From: an uncultured Candidatus Poseidoniales archaeon
Lineage (GTDB): Archaea > Thermoplasmatota > Poseidoniia > Poseidoniales > Thalassarchaeaceae
Length of the DNA stretch: 64,000 bases
NCBI GenBank assembly: GCA_902573085.1
Contig: CACGHY010000001.1
Span: 46,726-110,725, forward strand
Reading direction: 5' to 3'
The notes beneath the pieces were generated by a model. It was not told where the DNA came from and made no database searches. It saw only the letters and a program-made list of their open reading frames with translations. This document shows positions 1 to 10,062 of the stretch, in pieces (within the stretch, counting starts at the first letter, position 1; each line of letters starts with the position of its first letter). The translations under genes and the position numbers were made by a program.

Positions 1-612
1 TCACTTTCACTTTCATGGAGGATTTGTTCATGCCTCGCAGTGTGCTTGAGGCCATTCATTCCGTTTTCATCGGATAGGCTATGGGGGATGCTAGGAAATC
101 AGAATGACATTGACAACGTACTTTGGGAGGATTCAATGGATATGGAAATCAACCTCTTCTGGAACCCGGAAACCCCTGAACCATTATTCTCCCGGCTCGA
201 TCTAGAGGAGATTCTCGAGCGAGAGAGCTCCCTCGTCGACAGTAAGGACAATGACGAATCACCCATCCCCGGTGATGGGGGCGGTTACATAGACTTCGAA
301 GATTTCATGAAAGTGGATTTGCGAACTGGGAGAATCGTTTCTGTGGATGACCACCCAAATGCGGACAAACTCTTCGTAATCACAATCGAGGAAGGGCCCG
401 ACTCAACCAGAACTGTTTGCGCAGGTCTAAAGGGCCATTACAACCCATCAGATTTGGAGGGTCTGAACGTTGTATTCGTAGCTAACTTAGAGCCAAGGAA
501 ACTCAGAGGAGTGATTTCCGAGGGAATGATACTTGCAGCAGACGACGGTGAAGGGAGGGTCAAAGTCCTAGTTACAGAGGGCGATATCCTATCCGGTTCA
601 AGGGTGAGGTAG
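1..612 (+). CDS. metG: Methionyl-tRNA synthetase, 3' part (anticodon domain end plus C-terminal tRNA-binding OB domain); truncated by window start
   Basis: Frame is open from base 1. PFIP motif followed by the Trbp111-like domain IDFEDFMKVDLRTG...HPNADKL...NLEPRKLRGVISEGMILAA. Confidence 0.9.
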   Translation, partial: SLSLSWRICSCLAVCLRPFIPFSSDRLWGMLGNQNDIDNVLWEDSMDMEINLFWNPETPEPLFSRLDLEEILERESSLVDSKDNDESPIPGDGGGYIDFEDFMKVDLRTGRIVSVDDHPNADKLFVITIEEGPDSTRTVCAGLKGHYNPSDLEGLNVVFVANLEPRKLRGVISEGMILAADDGEGRVKVLVTEGDILSGSRVR

Positions 613-2355
613 TCAGGCATCTCTCCTGCCGATTACTACAGATGATGCCAAAATACTCGATATTGCCGCAAAAAGGCCGAATCCCGGTGTGAATACTCCA
701 CCAGTCGGCATTCCCGCCCATGAGTCATAGAACATGACTTGGAAGTCTCTGTCCCTATACTCATCATCATCATCGCAGGGGTCGATCACCTTCTCAGTCC
801 TAGAAATCGAGTAGGCATCTCCTGCAGACGTATACCCATCGTTGTCGTTGTCGGACCATGATAGAGTCCATTGGTAGCACCTGTCAGTATAAGTGGACGT
901 TTGTTCGCTCAGTTGCATTTCTGTGACTAGTGTGCTCTCATTACCGGTCTCCCCCGATTCCCCATCGATTGCATAGACGCGCATGACGATCTCGTCCAAG
1001 TTGACTTCCTCGAAGTGCTCCTCACTAAGATCTGCAGACCATGTCTTGGCATTGCCTGAATCCTCCTCAATCTCGTTTTCCATCTTCATAGTCATCGAGG
1101 TTCGTGGGACCGAGGTATCAATTTCGATATCAATCAACGAGGCGTCCATTATCTCAATCGCGCAGCTATCCATCCCATGAATCGATGAAATCTGTAAAAG
1201 CCTCAGTTCAGGGGTGCTTCCAACAAATTCTAGTGTCGCGACTAGAGCCTTCCCTTGGTTTATTCCTTCGGCCGTGTTGACTCCATCATCGTATGATAGT
1301 GTCCAATTATCCGTCCAACCAAATGGGTAATTATCGAGAAACTCATCACACTCAGACTCATCCTCATCGCCCTCGTCATCTCCCTCCTCGGCTTCCGAGA
1401 ATGGGTTTTCGTATTGGTAGACCTCGTCTCTCGCGTAGTACCAGGATCCTGAGTTAGAATTGCCAATTCGGTAATTTATCCCATCGGGGCTCTGTACTGT
1501 GGTTTGCTCGATAGAAATGTCCCCCATGAATCTCATAACCATGCTGTTGTACACAATTTCGTTTACGGGATCATGTCCCATAATCGCCTCCACTGATGTA
1601 GTATTGGCATTAGTGTCGCTTTCCAACCCATCTTCTTCGTCGGTTTCTGCGACCACAATCACTCTGACGAATGCAGTCTCGTTTTTTAGCGCATCAATAG
1701 ACGCCTCAAAGCCATCAGGGTCCCCGTCGTTATCGCTATCAGCTAGGAACTCCTCAAGATTCTCCAAAGTCATAACGAATGGGTATTCGCACATTGTCTC
1801 GTTGCTTTCTGTGGAGCTGGGATCGTAGTTAACAGCAACAATATCGGTGCAGCCCTCTGACTCCGCCCAGTCGTACACTCCGTCATCGTCCTCATCGTAG
1901 TCACATGAGCCATCATCATCGGTGGATGAGGAGTTGTGATTGTTGGCATTGACATCTGTGCAACCGAGCTGCTCGAACGCATCTATTATCCCGTCTCCGT
2001 CACTATCGTAAACGCAGGTCCCATCATCATCTGTGGCGTTAATATCGTAATTGTAAGCTTCAGAGTAAGTGCATCCAGGTACAGGATTTGGGACAACAGG
2101 GTAACGGCACGAGCCATCGTCACTTGTGGCTGATGGATTATGATTTAGTGCATCAGGGTACATGCAACCAAGGATTAGGGCAGGTTCATCAGGATAAATG
2201 CAGCTTCCATCGTCTATAATGGAAGATGAGTTGAAGTTTACAGCCTCCGCATAGGTGCATCCCATTGCCTGCTCTGTAGTTTCAATATCAGATTGTGTGC
2301 ATCCGGACATCAAAATAGGTGTTATCAAGATTATGCCAATTAGCAAAGACCTCAT
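613..2355 (-). CDS. Acidic secreted/surface protein with five Cys-bracketed repeats, lipoprotein-like signal and PGF-CTERM-like anchor
   Basis: Likely start is ATG 2355 (MRSLLIGIILITPILMSGC). GC[TM]xxxAxN[YFH]...C repeats and DxDxDG motifs; C-terminus TPGFGLFAAISSILASSVVIGRRDA. Confidence 0.8.
   Translation of the reverse strand: MRSLLIGIILITPILMSGCTQSDIETTEQAMGCTYAEAVNFNSSSIIDDGSCIYPDEPALILGCMYPDALNHNPSATSDDGSCRYPVVPNPVPGCTYSEAYNYDINATDDDGTCVYDSDGDGIIDAFEQLGCTDVNANNHNSSSTDDDGSCDYDEDDDGVYDWAESEGCTDIVAVNYDPSSTESNETMCEYPFVMTLENLEEFLADSDNDGDPDGFEASIDALKNETAFVRVIVVAETDEEDGLESDTNANTTSVEAIMGHDPVNEIVYNSMVMRFMGDISIEQTTVQSPDGINYRIGNSNSGSWYYARDEVYQYENPFSEAEEGDDEGDEDESECDEFLDNYPFGWTDNWTLSYDDGVNTAEGINQGKALVATLEFVGSTPELRLLQISSIHGMDSCAIEIMDASLIDIEIDTSVPRTSMTMKMENEIEEDSGNAKTWSADLSEEHFEEVNLDEIVMRVYAIDGESGETGNESTLVTEMQLSEQTSTYTDRCYQWTLSWSDNDNDGYTSAGDAYSISRTEKVIDPCDDDDEYRDRDFQVMFYDSWAGMPTGGVFTPGFGLFAAISSILASSVVIGRRDA
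1789..2262 (-). repeat. Five intragenic ~21-aa Cys-bracketed repeats
   Basis: GCTYAEAVNFNSSSIIDDGSC, GCMYPDALNHNPSATSDDGSC, GCTYSEAYNYDINATDDDGTC, GCTDVNANNHNSSSTDDDGSC, GCTDIVAVNYDPSSTESNETMC. Confidence 0.85.
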
Positions 2356-2380
2356 GACTTCCCGCTGGATAAGAGGCAAA

Positions 2381-2890
2381 TCAATTCTTTGTCCAGATTG
2401 AGTAGGTGGAATCGTAATCGTTTTGTTCATCAGCCCCAACAGTCTCGAGTAGTAGTTGGCTCCACTGTGATCGATCCCACTCTGGGAAGAAAACATCGCC
2501 ACTATCATTCGTTTGAACCTCAGTAACGTGAATTTCCTCCACTCTGTCCATGAACATCTCATATATCTGAGCCCCTCCTATAATCCAACATTCATCACTT
2601 CCTTCCGCGAATGCAATCTCTATCGCTCTACCTACGTACAGGGCTGTGATGGCCCCCTCATCCTCCCAATCTGTGTCTCTTGACATTACGATATTTACTC
2701 TATCAGGAAGGGGCCTGAATCGATCCGGTAGAGAATGCCATGTGCGCCTTCCCATGACCACTGAGTTGAATCCATCCGCCTCCGTCAATTCTTTGAAACG
2801 GGCCATATCGCTAGATAGTCTCCATGGCAAACCATTGCCCTTCCCAATGCACCCGTCCCTATCCATAGCAACGATCATGGCTATTTTCAT
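2381..2890 (-). CDS. folA: Dihydrofolate reductase
   Basis: IVAMD..GCIG.GNGLPW, VVMGRRTW.SLP..RPLPDR.NIV, IIGGAQIY, GDVFFP. Confidence 0.96.
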   Translation of the reverse strand: MKIAMIVAMDRDGCIGKGNGLPWRLSSDMARFKELTEADGFNSVVMGRRTWHSLPDRFRPLPDRVNIVMSRDTDWEDEGAITALYVGRAIEIAFAEGSDECWIIGGAQIYEMFMDRVEEIHVTEVQTNDSGDVFFPEWDRSQWSQLLLETVGADEQNDYDSTYSIWTKN

Positions 2891-2897
2891 TTTATCA

Positions 2898-3692
2898 CTA
2901 AACCGATATTGGAGCTGCTATATGTGGATGGTGTTCATATTCGACGATGGATATGTGCTCGAATCTGAAGTCATCAATCGATTTTATCGATTTATCTAAT
3001 TCCAGCTTCGGTAGCTTTAGAGGTTTCCTGGAAACCTGCAAACGAGCTTGCTCTATGTGATTCAGGTAAAGATGGCAATCCCCACCCGTCCAAATAAACT
3101 CACCAGGCTCTAGATCGCAAACCTGCGCAATCATGCAAGTCAGTAGGCTGTAGGACGAGATATTGAATGGAACCCCAAGAAAAACGTCCGCACTCCTCTG
3201 ATATAGGTTACAAGACAGGCTTCCATCGTTAACGTAGAACTGGAAGAATGCGTGACATGGCATTAATGCCATATCCTGCAGATCTCCCACGTTCCATGCC
3301 GAAACAATGATTCGTCTACTGTTGGGGTCATTTTTGATAAGATCTATTGCCGCTTCTATTTGATCTATGACTCTACCGTCATTTGACTCCCATTTCCTCC
3401 ACTGTTTTCCATAAACCGGACCGAGATCTCCATTCTCATCCGCCCAATCGTTCCATATCCTGACTTTGTTTTGAGTAAGGTACTCGATATTGGTATCTCC
3501 GGATAGGAACCAAAGTAGCTCATGAATCACACTAGGCCAATGAACTCTTTTCGTTGTAATGGCAGGAAAACCTTCGCTCAGATCGAACCTCATCTGATGG
3601 CCGAAAAGTGAAATGGTACCCGTACCAGTCCTGTCCCCTTTGTCCTCACCCTCGTCGAGGACTCGATTTAACAAATCAAGATACTGTCTCAT
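2898..3692 (-). CDS. thyA: Thymidylate synthase (bacterial ThyA type)
   Basis: [39 protein letters not shown]; 264 aa. Confidence 0.98.
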   Translation of the reverse strand: MRQYLDLLNRVLDEGEDKGDRTGTGTISLFGHQMRFDLSEGFPAITTKRVHWPSVIHELLWFLSGDTNIEYLTQNKVRIWNDWADENGDLGPVYGKQWRKWESNDGRVIDQIEAAIDLIKNDPNSRRIIVSAWNVGDLQDMALMPCHAFFQFYVNDGSLSCNLYQRSADVFLGVPFNISSYSLLTCMIAQVCDLEPGEFIWTGGDCHLYLNHIEQARLQVSRKPLKLPKLELDKSIKSIDDFRFEHISIVEYEHHPHIAAPISV

Positions 3693-3732
3693 ACAGATCC
3701 CTTGGTAGGTAGGTAGTCCATCAAGAATGCCC

Positions 3733-4509
3733 CTAGGGTGCTCCCCTCATAGCCAGTGTGTTGACAAGTTGGTCTGAGAATTTTCGATACAATTTCCTCA
3801 TTTCACGCTGGCGATCATCCGTGCTCTTGTCCATCATTGAAGCCACCCATGAGTCATCTATAGATCCGCCATCAGCATGAGCCGCCCATTCTGAGAATGT
3901 AATCGGATCGTCAATAATCAGATCTATTCTCTTCCACGGCTTGGGTAGTATTGTACCTGGAGGCATGAAGTCTCTGGCTCCGATGGAAAGGGTTACTGGG
4001 ACAATTGGCACATCTGGGAAAAGTGCCGCTAGTCTTGCGAAACCCGTTTTCGCCGGCTGCAGTAATGGAGCTTCTACCCTTCTCGATCTCGTGCCTTCTG
4101 GAAATATTCCCAGACAACAACCGCTCTCGATAACATCCACAGCCCTTGATAGGGCATCCCTCGCACCAGAACCCCTGAATGTTTCAATTTGACCGGTAGA
4201 GACCATTACGAATCTATTGGGCTGCTTGTCAAAGTGCCCTTCCTTCGCCAAGAAGTGAATCGGCCTCTGGGATCCTAGAATCTTGATGAATGGGTCTAGA
4301 TTGCCTAGGTGGTTTCCACAGAATATTGCTGGTCCTTTCATAGGAACCTTGTGTGCCCCAATTATGTGCACATTGGTTATACTTCTGAGGAGAGATGGAA
4401 CATACTTTTCTAAGAATCTGTAGATGAGGGGTGTGGAGAACGCCTCTCCTGTACCCTCTAGGTTAACCCAGGAGCTAATACTATCCATGGATTTCTCTGA
4501 TAGTGCCAT
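3733..4509 (-). CDS. Lysophospholipid / 1-acyl-sn-glycerol-3-phosphate acyltransferase (PlsC family)
   Basis: NHxxxxD (NHLGNLD), [12 protein letters not shown] and VPIVPV acyltransferase motifs. Confidence 0.88.
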   Translation of the reverse strand: MALSEKSMDSISSWVNLEGTGEAFSTPLIYRFLEKYVPSLLRSITNVHIIGAHKVPMKGPAIFCGNHLGNLDPFIKILGSQRPIHFLAKEGHFDKQPNRFVMVSTGQIETFRGSGARDALSRAVDVIESGCCLGIFPEGTRSRRVEAPLLQPAKTGFARLAALFPDVPIVPVTLSIGARDFMPPGTILPKPWKRIDLIIDDPITFSEWAAHADGGSIDDSWVASMMDKSTDDRQREMRKLYRKFSDQLVNTLAMRGAP

Positions 4510-4583
4510 ATCTGCGCCACCGAGTTATCGGTTTCATACTTTACAGTTGAAATGTTGAAGTGGCATATTGCTTGGTAAGTACC

Positions 4584-5687
4584 ATGCACAGCAGATGCTG
4601 GGCCCTTTCACTGGGCCTTATTTTACTCTCGCCGATTGTTGCACCGTCTGCTGTCGGGGAATGGGGAACTGATACCTGGCTAAAGAATATAATCGGACCT
4701 GAGAGATTAGAACAAGGTGATGAATTCGGGTGCCATGGGTTTGAGGGTGTGGATACCATCGAGGAAAACTGGGTAATATCCGGATGCAAGGATTATCTAG
4801 CAGGATTGACAGATTCCTCAAAGTGGGGAAATGATCCCGTTTCATTCGGAATAGAGGCCGATATGCTAACTCAAGATACAGTCACCTCGCTTCTAGATTC
4901 TGGATTTGTAATTGTTGGCGACTCTTTGAAGGAAGTCCCAGACGAACTCGTTTCTATGGTTAGGAACGGTGGTAGTCTTGAGAAAGGAGTTGCTGACATA
5001 GAGCTGCTCGAGTCGGCAGAGGCGGACTCGTTGGTCTCTGTACACTGGAGGGCAAGGGTTGGAGACTTCCGAGTTAGGGATGATGCTGACGTAATATCTT
5101 GGTTAGAGGACCAACAGGTCTGGTTCACCACTTGGGGAGAATGGCATTTTCACGGAATATCCGGACGTTCTACTACAGTGATTTCGGATGGTAAAGTTCT
5201 GACTTCAACATCCCCTCCTCCAAAGAGGTGGAACGTACCTGGAACGATCATGCTCCAATTCGAACAGAATGTCATATCTGTTTCCGACTCCAGTGGTGCT
5301 GAGATCCCTCTGATCTCACCAGATCTCCGAGACCTCTCAATCGGTTGGAGGCCGACTGAAACAGGTATGCTGCTAACCCAGGCCCCAGGAACAAACATCA
5401 CGATAGAACTCGATGGCACAGTCGATGCAATCGAAACAACACCTATGAGCACTTTCAATGGACTACATCATGGTGTAACGATAGTAGGTCATCACACCTC
5501 TAATCTGTTCAGATGGACACAAGACTTCCCCGAAACCATCCTTTCTTTTACATGGCTAGTCGAGAGGCCGGAGAAAGAGGGGATCAGCTGGATTATACCA
5601 GTATTCGCAGTATCGATGATTATTGCTGTGCCTGCATCTATTTACTTTCTAGTGAGAAATGACGGCAACAAGACTTCTATTGATTAG
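4584..5687 (+). CDS. Secreted, C-terminally membrane-anchored hypothetical protein
   Basis: Signal peptide after ATG 4584; C-terminal TM (WIIPVFAVSMIIAVPASIYFLVR); long ORF. Confidence 0.7.
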   Translation: MHSRCWALSLGLILLSPIVAPSAVGEWGTDTWLKNIIGPERLEQGDEFGCHGFEGVDTIEENWVISGCKDYLAGLTDSSKWGNDPVSFGIEADMLTQDTVTSLLDSGFVIVGDSLKEVPDELVSMVRNGGSLEKGVADIELLESAEADSLVSVHWRARVGDFRVRDDADVISWLEDQQVWFTTWGEWHFHGISGRSTTVISDGKVLTSTSPPPKRWNVPGTIMLQFEQNVISVSDSSGAEIPLISPDLRDLSIGWRPTETGMLLTQAPGTNITIELDGTVDAIETTPMSTFNGLHHGVTIVGHHTSNLFRWTQDFPETILSFTWLVERPEKEGISWIIPVFAVSMIIAVPASIYFLVRNDGNKTSID

Positions 5688-6777
5688 TGGGAGTGGTGAC
5701 AGGTCCATGGACTTCCACTCCCTCATCAATCAACCTACTTACTATTCTGTTTACCGATTCGGGCGACATAGACTCAGGAGGGTGAACACCCGGGGGGAGC
5801 ATTTCTGGATTATTCAACCACTCTTCCACGCAGCATACTGTCACTAAGCCGGTCGAACGCGCCATTGAGTGTCCTTCATCGCTACCGTGATCTTGAACAG
5901 TCCACCTCATGCGCGTACCATCCCTACCTTGGGCAAATACTTCCATCCATGTGAACTCGGGGGTCTTTTCGTTATATTGCCATTCTGAGGTAATCCTTTC
6001 AACGTCAATCTCAGCATTCTCAGTTTCGTCGAGGAACATCTGAATGTGTCCGGGCCACCTGATAGTGTATTCTGAGAGCTCCTCTGCTGGTATCGTGGTC
6101 AGCACACTCCTCAATCCGTCGGTAAGAAATGCCTCCATGATGCCTTTACCTTGGACCTCGATATCATGCCTTTCCGATAGTGCGGGCAATATGGCCAGTT
6201 CCGAGCCCCTGATGACTCTGGCTGGCCTGGTATATTCTGCAATGACGTCAATTGGAGAGAATGGAGCCATGTAATTCCATCCACCTGCAGGAGAAGTTGG
6301 GTTTCCACCAACTCGAACTTCTCCTTTCACTAGAGGGCCCATTTCATCATACGCACTGGAGAGAAGCATGTTTGACAGGCCGGGAGCTATCCCCGTATCC
6401 CATAGGATTCTTGCACCGTGATCTTTAGCCTTGGCGTCATCCCTGTCTGGAGTGAACTGGCTGAAGCTAAGATCCACGGTTCTCCAAGGAAGCTCTGCGA
6501 GAGCCGTTGTACTAGAATGTCCTATGTCTCCCGGTAGCATGTTCACTACAATGTCCCGAGAGGGATCGAAGTCGAACCCATCTTGTTTCGTAATCATATC
6601 TAACATGACATCTATTGGATAGTCATCCGGATCGAGGTGATGTACCTCCACTCCTGGAGTTCCAAGAACACGGAATGGTTGTGGATCGTAAGCGTGTACG
6701 ATATGGCCTGAATCGGCTAACTTCGATGCAACGAAGGAACCGACAAGCCCCACACCGAAGCAATGGACATTGGCCAT
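5677..6777 (-). CDS. Saccharopine dehydrogenase-family / lysine 6-dehydrogenase-like oxidoreductase
   Basis: GxGxxG at N-terminus; DTGIAPGLSN, VGGNP, EYTRPAR, EAFLTDGLRS, TIRWPGH, MARSTG. Confidence 0.88.
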   Translation of the reverse strand: MANVHCFGVGLVGSFVASKLADSGHIVHAYDPQPFRVLGTPGVEVHHLDPDDYPIDVMLDMITKQDGFDFDPSRDIVVNMLPGDIGHSSTTALAELPWRTVDLSFSQFTPDRDDAKAKDHGARILWDTGIAPGLSNMLLSSAYDEMGPLVKGEVRVGGNPTSPAGGWNYMAPFSPIDVIAEYTRPARVIRGSELAILPALSERHDIEVQGKGIMEAFLTDGLRSVLTTIPAEELSEYTIRWPGHIQMFLDETENAEIDVERITSEWQYNEKTPEFTWMEVFAQGRDGTRMRWTVQDHGSDEGHSMARSTGLVTVCCVEEWLNNPEMLPPGVHPPESMSPESVNRIVSRLIDEGVEVHGPVTTPTNQ

Positions 6778-6876
6778 GTTTCCTTTTTTTCGAGATCGTT
6801 TTACTTTGTAACTGTTCGCAGTTCATATTACAAAATCTTGCGATGCCTTGATTGGGTGTAATACGAGCCGCAATTC

Positions 6877-8259
6877 ATGGTAAGAGGGGGTAGCATTGAT
6901 CCTTGGTCATCAGAACAATCTACCGACTATGATAGAATGATTGAACAATTCGGCTTGACTCCAATGGACCTCGGGTCTATACCAAATCCAGGAATGCTAC
7001 ATAGGCGTGGTATAGTATTCGCACACCGGGACATGGACGTGATTACCGATTCGATAACTAAGGGGGATCCATTCGGGGTTCTTACTGGCCTAATGCCTAG
7101 CGGGAGGATGCATCTTGGACATAGCATGGTTATAGAGCAAGTTCGCTGGTTTCAGGAGCAGGGTGCTGACGTAACCGTTGCCGTTGCCGACTTGGAGGCA
7201 CTCGCGACCAGAGGAACCTCCCTTTCAAAAGGAAGGGAAACTGCGTTACGAGAGTACATCTTGAACTATGCAGCATTGGGTTTGAACTCGGACAAGACTA
7301 GCGTGTATTTCCAGAGTTCTAGGCCAGAAGTTCAGAGGCTTGGCTTCACTCTAGGGAGGCGTACTAATCTATCAGAATTAGACGCCATTTACGGATTTGG
7401 GGGAGACACAAATCTGGCTCATGTCCAGGCGCCTCTTGTACAGGTTGGAGATATTGTACATCCTCAACTAGATGATTTTGGGGGGTTAAGGCCAATAGTT
7501 GTACCAGTCGGTGTTGACCAAGACCCACACCTCAGACTGACCAGAGATATAACCCAGAAGACTAACTGGTTTAATGTGAAAAAGAGGAAGTCTGGAGGGC
7601 TTACTGTGGCTCTCTCAGTTCAGGAAGACAATCAATCAGAGATGGGGGTTTCCCACACCGGTAGAATAGATATGAATTCGAGGGCCGATCTAGTTTCGAA
7701 CATAGTAGATTCGATTGCTGAACTAGGTTTTTCTGATGTTAATTCTAATCCCAAACATGGGACAATCGAGATACCCGGTGCAACCATGGGTGATCGTTCC
7801 AAAATTAGGATTAATTTACTCCATTTAGAGAGAAATTTGGGCGGACCAGGGCTAATGCCCCCTTGTTCCACTTACCACAGATTCGCCGTAGGCATGACAG
7901 GAGACAAGATGTCATCATCCAAGCCCGAAACTACGATCTTCATGGATGACGAAATTGAATCCATGGAGAGGAAGGTCAAGCGAGCAATCAGCGGTGGTCA
8001 ACCCACAGTGGAAGAACACAGGAGACTAGGGGGGGATGTCTCAAAAGACGTAGCATTTCAGTATCTTCAATTCTTTTTTGAAAATGACGATGTAGCCCTC
8101 GCAGAGGTCAAGTCTGAATACGAAAGCGGTAGGATGCTCGCCGGGGAAGTGAAGCAAATATGCATTGAAAGGGCAACTGAATGGCTCAGTGATCTCAAAG
8201 AAAAGAGGCATCAATTTGAGGACAGTGTTACAGATTTTCTAGCTCCAGATGCTATCTAG
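6877..8259 (+). CDS. trpS: Tryptophanyl-tRNA synthetase
   Basis: IDPW, TGLMPSGRMHLGH, VPVGVDQDPHLRLTRD, KMSSS. Confidence 0.95.
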   Translation: MVRGGSIDPWSSEQSTDYDRMIEQFGLTPMDLGSIPNPGMLHRRGIVFAHRDMDVITDSITKGDPFGVLTGLMPSGRMHLGHSMVIEQVRWFQEQGADVTVAVADLEALATRGTSLSKGRETALREYILNYAALGLNSDKTSVYFQSSRPEVQRLGFTLGRRTNLSELDAIYGFGGDTNLAHVQAPLVQVGDIVHPQLDDFGGLRPIVVPVGVDQDPHLRLTRDITQKTNWFNVKKRKSGGLTVALSVQEDNQSEMGVSHTGRIDMNSRADLVSNIVDSIAELGFSDVNSNPKHGTIEIPGATMGDRSKIRINLLHLERNLGGPGLMPPCSTYHRFAVGMTGDKMSSSKPETTIFMDDEIESMERKVKRAISGGQPTVEEHRRLGGDVSKDVAFQYLQFFFENDDVALAEVKSEYESGRMLAGEVKQICIERATEWLSDLKEKRHQFEDSVTDFLAPDAI

Positions 8260-8837
8260 CGCATCTCGAACACCGGTACCTCAGGGCCTATGTCCAACGA
8301 CTGTATCTCGTTTTCCATTAGGTCCCTAATGATTGCATCATTGTGAATAATCTGGCTCCTGCCCCTCGGGTCCAGTAGTTCGATAAGGAAATGAGAGCTT
8401 CCGGATTTCATCTTTCTTAGGCTCTCCAGGAGCTCTAGAGATGCTTGTACTATATTTTCGTCATCTGCATTTCCTCTCAGTATAGAGCCGACAGCATCTT
8501 CAAATCTTTTTATTACTCCTTCAACATTTGAAACAAATCCACTGGAAGAACCACCCGGTGAGACCTCTAATTCCAGTTGCGGTATTCTAATTGTGCCCGA
8601 TGAAGATCTGACTACTCTTGCTGAGCATTTTTCTGGATTATCAACGATCAAAGAAGAGTACCCCGGCTTCTCACCGTCGGATGGGATGAAGTCGGTATGT
8701 TTCCATCCACATGACTCACAAATTACTGTTATTTGTGTGTGCTCTCCAAAGTATGGAATTTCGGAACTCATTGCCAGCATTGTTAATGCATCGTCTTTGA
8801 GACATTGGGGGCATGGGGCATCTACTTTACTTTGCAT
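8256..8837 (-). CDS. ZPR1 zinc-finger domain protein
   Basis: CPQC...IPYFGE...CESCGWK, RVVRSSSGTIRIP.L, GFVSNVEG, DPRGRS. Confidence 0.93.
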   Translation of the reverse strand: MQSKVDAPCPQCLKDDALTMLAMSSEIPYFGEHTQITVICESCGWKHTDFIPSDGEKPGYSSLIVDNPEKCSARVVRSSSGTIRIPQLELEVSPGGSSSGFVSNVEGVIKRFEDAVGSILRGNADDENIVQASLELLESLRKMKSGSSHFLIELLDPRGRSQIIHNDAIIRDLMENEIQSLDIGPEVPVFEMR

Positions 8838-8840
8838 TTG

Positions 8841-9236
8841 TCACTTCACCCTAGCACTATCAAAAGTTGGAGGAAGCAGTAGGAGTCTAGTGTTCCCCAG
8901 GCGAACTAATTGCCCATTTACGTCGTCTTCGACAAAAGCCTGAATTTTTCCAACAGCCATTTGTAATTCCATGTCCCTAGTCATCAAATCCGACATTTCG
9001 ATAATTACAATGTCCCCATCTGAAACCCAGTCCATTATTTGTGAAATTCCAGTAATGTCCTCCAGAACTGCTCTATGGATGATGACATCTCCATCTGACC
9101 TGGGTACTGGGGCATCGGGGAATCTCATTCCCAGATCATGGTATGGCTCGCCTGGATCAATAACGCTCATTCCTTGGTCCGCCATGCTGGGCATTTCCAC
9201 CCACTTAGGGCCATCATCTTCAGCGGACACATTCAC
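8841..9236 (-). CDS. sepF: Cell division protein SepF
   Basis: C-terminal GDIVIIE...GQLVRLG...LLLP signature; adjacent to ZPR1 as is common in archaea. Confidence 0.8.
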   Translation of the reverse strand: MNVSAEDDGPKWVEMPSMADQGMSVIDPGEPYHDLGMRFPDAPVPRSDGDVIIHRAVLEDITGISQIMDWVSDGDIVIIEMSDLMTRDMELQMAVGKIQAFVEDDVNGQLVRLGNTRLLLLPPTFDSARVK

Positions 9237-9372
9237 CCGACATACTTTACGGCCTTGATATCTTCTGATTGCAAGGATATGTTATTTTGATAATTTATGC
9301 TACTGGGCAAGACCGGCTCCCGTCGCATTGATAAGGGGTCGATACTAGAGTACATCACTGGCCACTCCGCTG

Positions 9373-10008
9373 GTGATCACTATGGATACAACTACTAGCG
9401 CTATAAAGACAGGGACGAGTACCGTTGGAATAACCTACAATGGCGGTGTTGTTGTGGGAGCAGACCACAGGGCTACTATGGGGCATTTCATAGCAAACAA
9501 GTCCGTTCAAAAACTCTTCAGAATATCTGACAACATTGCCCTAACAACGGCAGGTCTGGTCGGACATGCCCAATCACTTTCCCGAGTTCTTGCGGCTGAA
9601 TTGAAGCTATTCGAGCTGAAAAGAGACATGCCTATGACAGTAAAGGGGGCGGCTACTTTCACTGCTAATATCCTATCCGGAAGGCCACACTACGTGCAAT
9701 TACTGATTGTGGGGGTGGATCCTTCTGGTCCTAGTGTATACAGCATCGATTCCGCCGGTGGATCTATACCAGACACCTACTGTGCCACTGGTTCAGGAAG
9801 TCCATACATGTACGGTGTGCTAGAAGACCAATTCAAAACAGGCATGTCAAAGGACCAAGCACTATTACTTGCTGCTAAGTCACTATTAGCATCAGCCCAG
9901 AGAGACGCCGCAAGTGGCAATGGGATGGATTTGGCATTCATCACTAACGAAACTGGATTCACACAGCTATCCGAAGAGGAAGTTTCCACCCTCCTCTCGA
10001 CTATCTGA
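9373..10008 (+). CDS. psmB: Proteasome beta subunit
   Basis: Short propeptide then KTG|TSTVG; GADHRAT, ATGSGS, RDAASG. Confidence 0.96.
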   Translation: MITMDTTTSAIKTGTSTVGITYNGGVVVGADHRATMGHFIANKSVQKLFRISDNIALTTAGLVGHAQSLSRVLAAELKLFELKRDMPMTVKGAATFTANILSGRPHYVQLLIVGVDPSGPSVYSIDSAGGSIPDTYCATGSGSPYMYGVLEDQFKTGMSKDQALLLAAKSLLASAQRDAASGNGMDLAFITNETGFTQLSEEEVSTLLSTI

Positions 10009-10062
10009 TTATATTCCCGACTTAGAGCAGTAATTGCCTAGGTTTCACGACAGAGGGATCTT

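Noticed and set aside
1789-2262. Possible CRISPR-like periodicity
   Set aside because: Repeats are degenerate at DNA level and conserved only as protein; no cas genes.
2356-2562. N-terminal 69 aa of the 649-aa ORF
   Set aside because: Overlaps folA in another frame; the signal peptide begins at ATG 2355.
8029-8035. G7 run in trpS as a slippage site
   Set aside because: The reading frame is intact through it (Leu-Gly-Gly-Asp).
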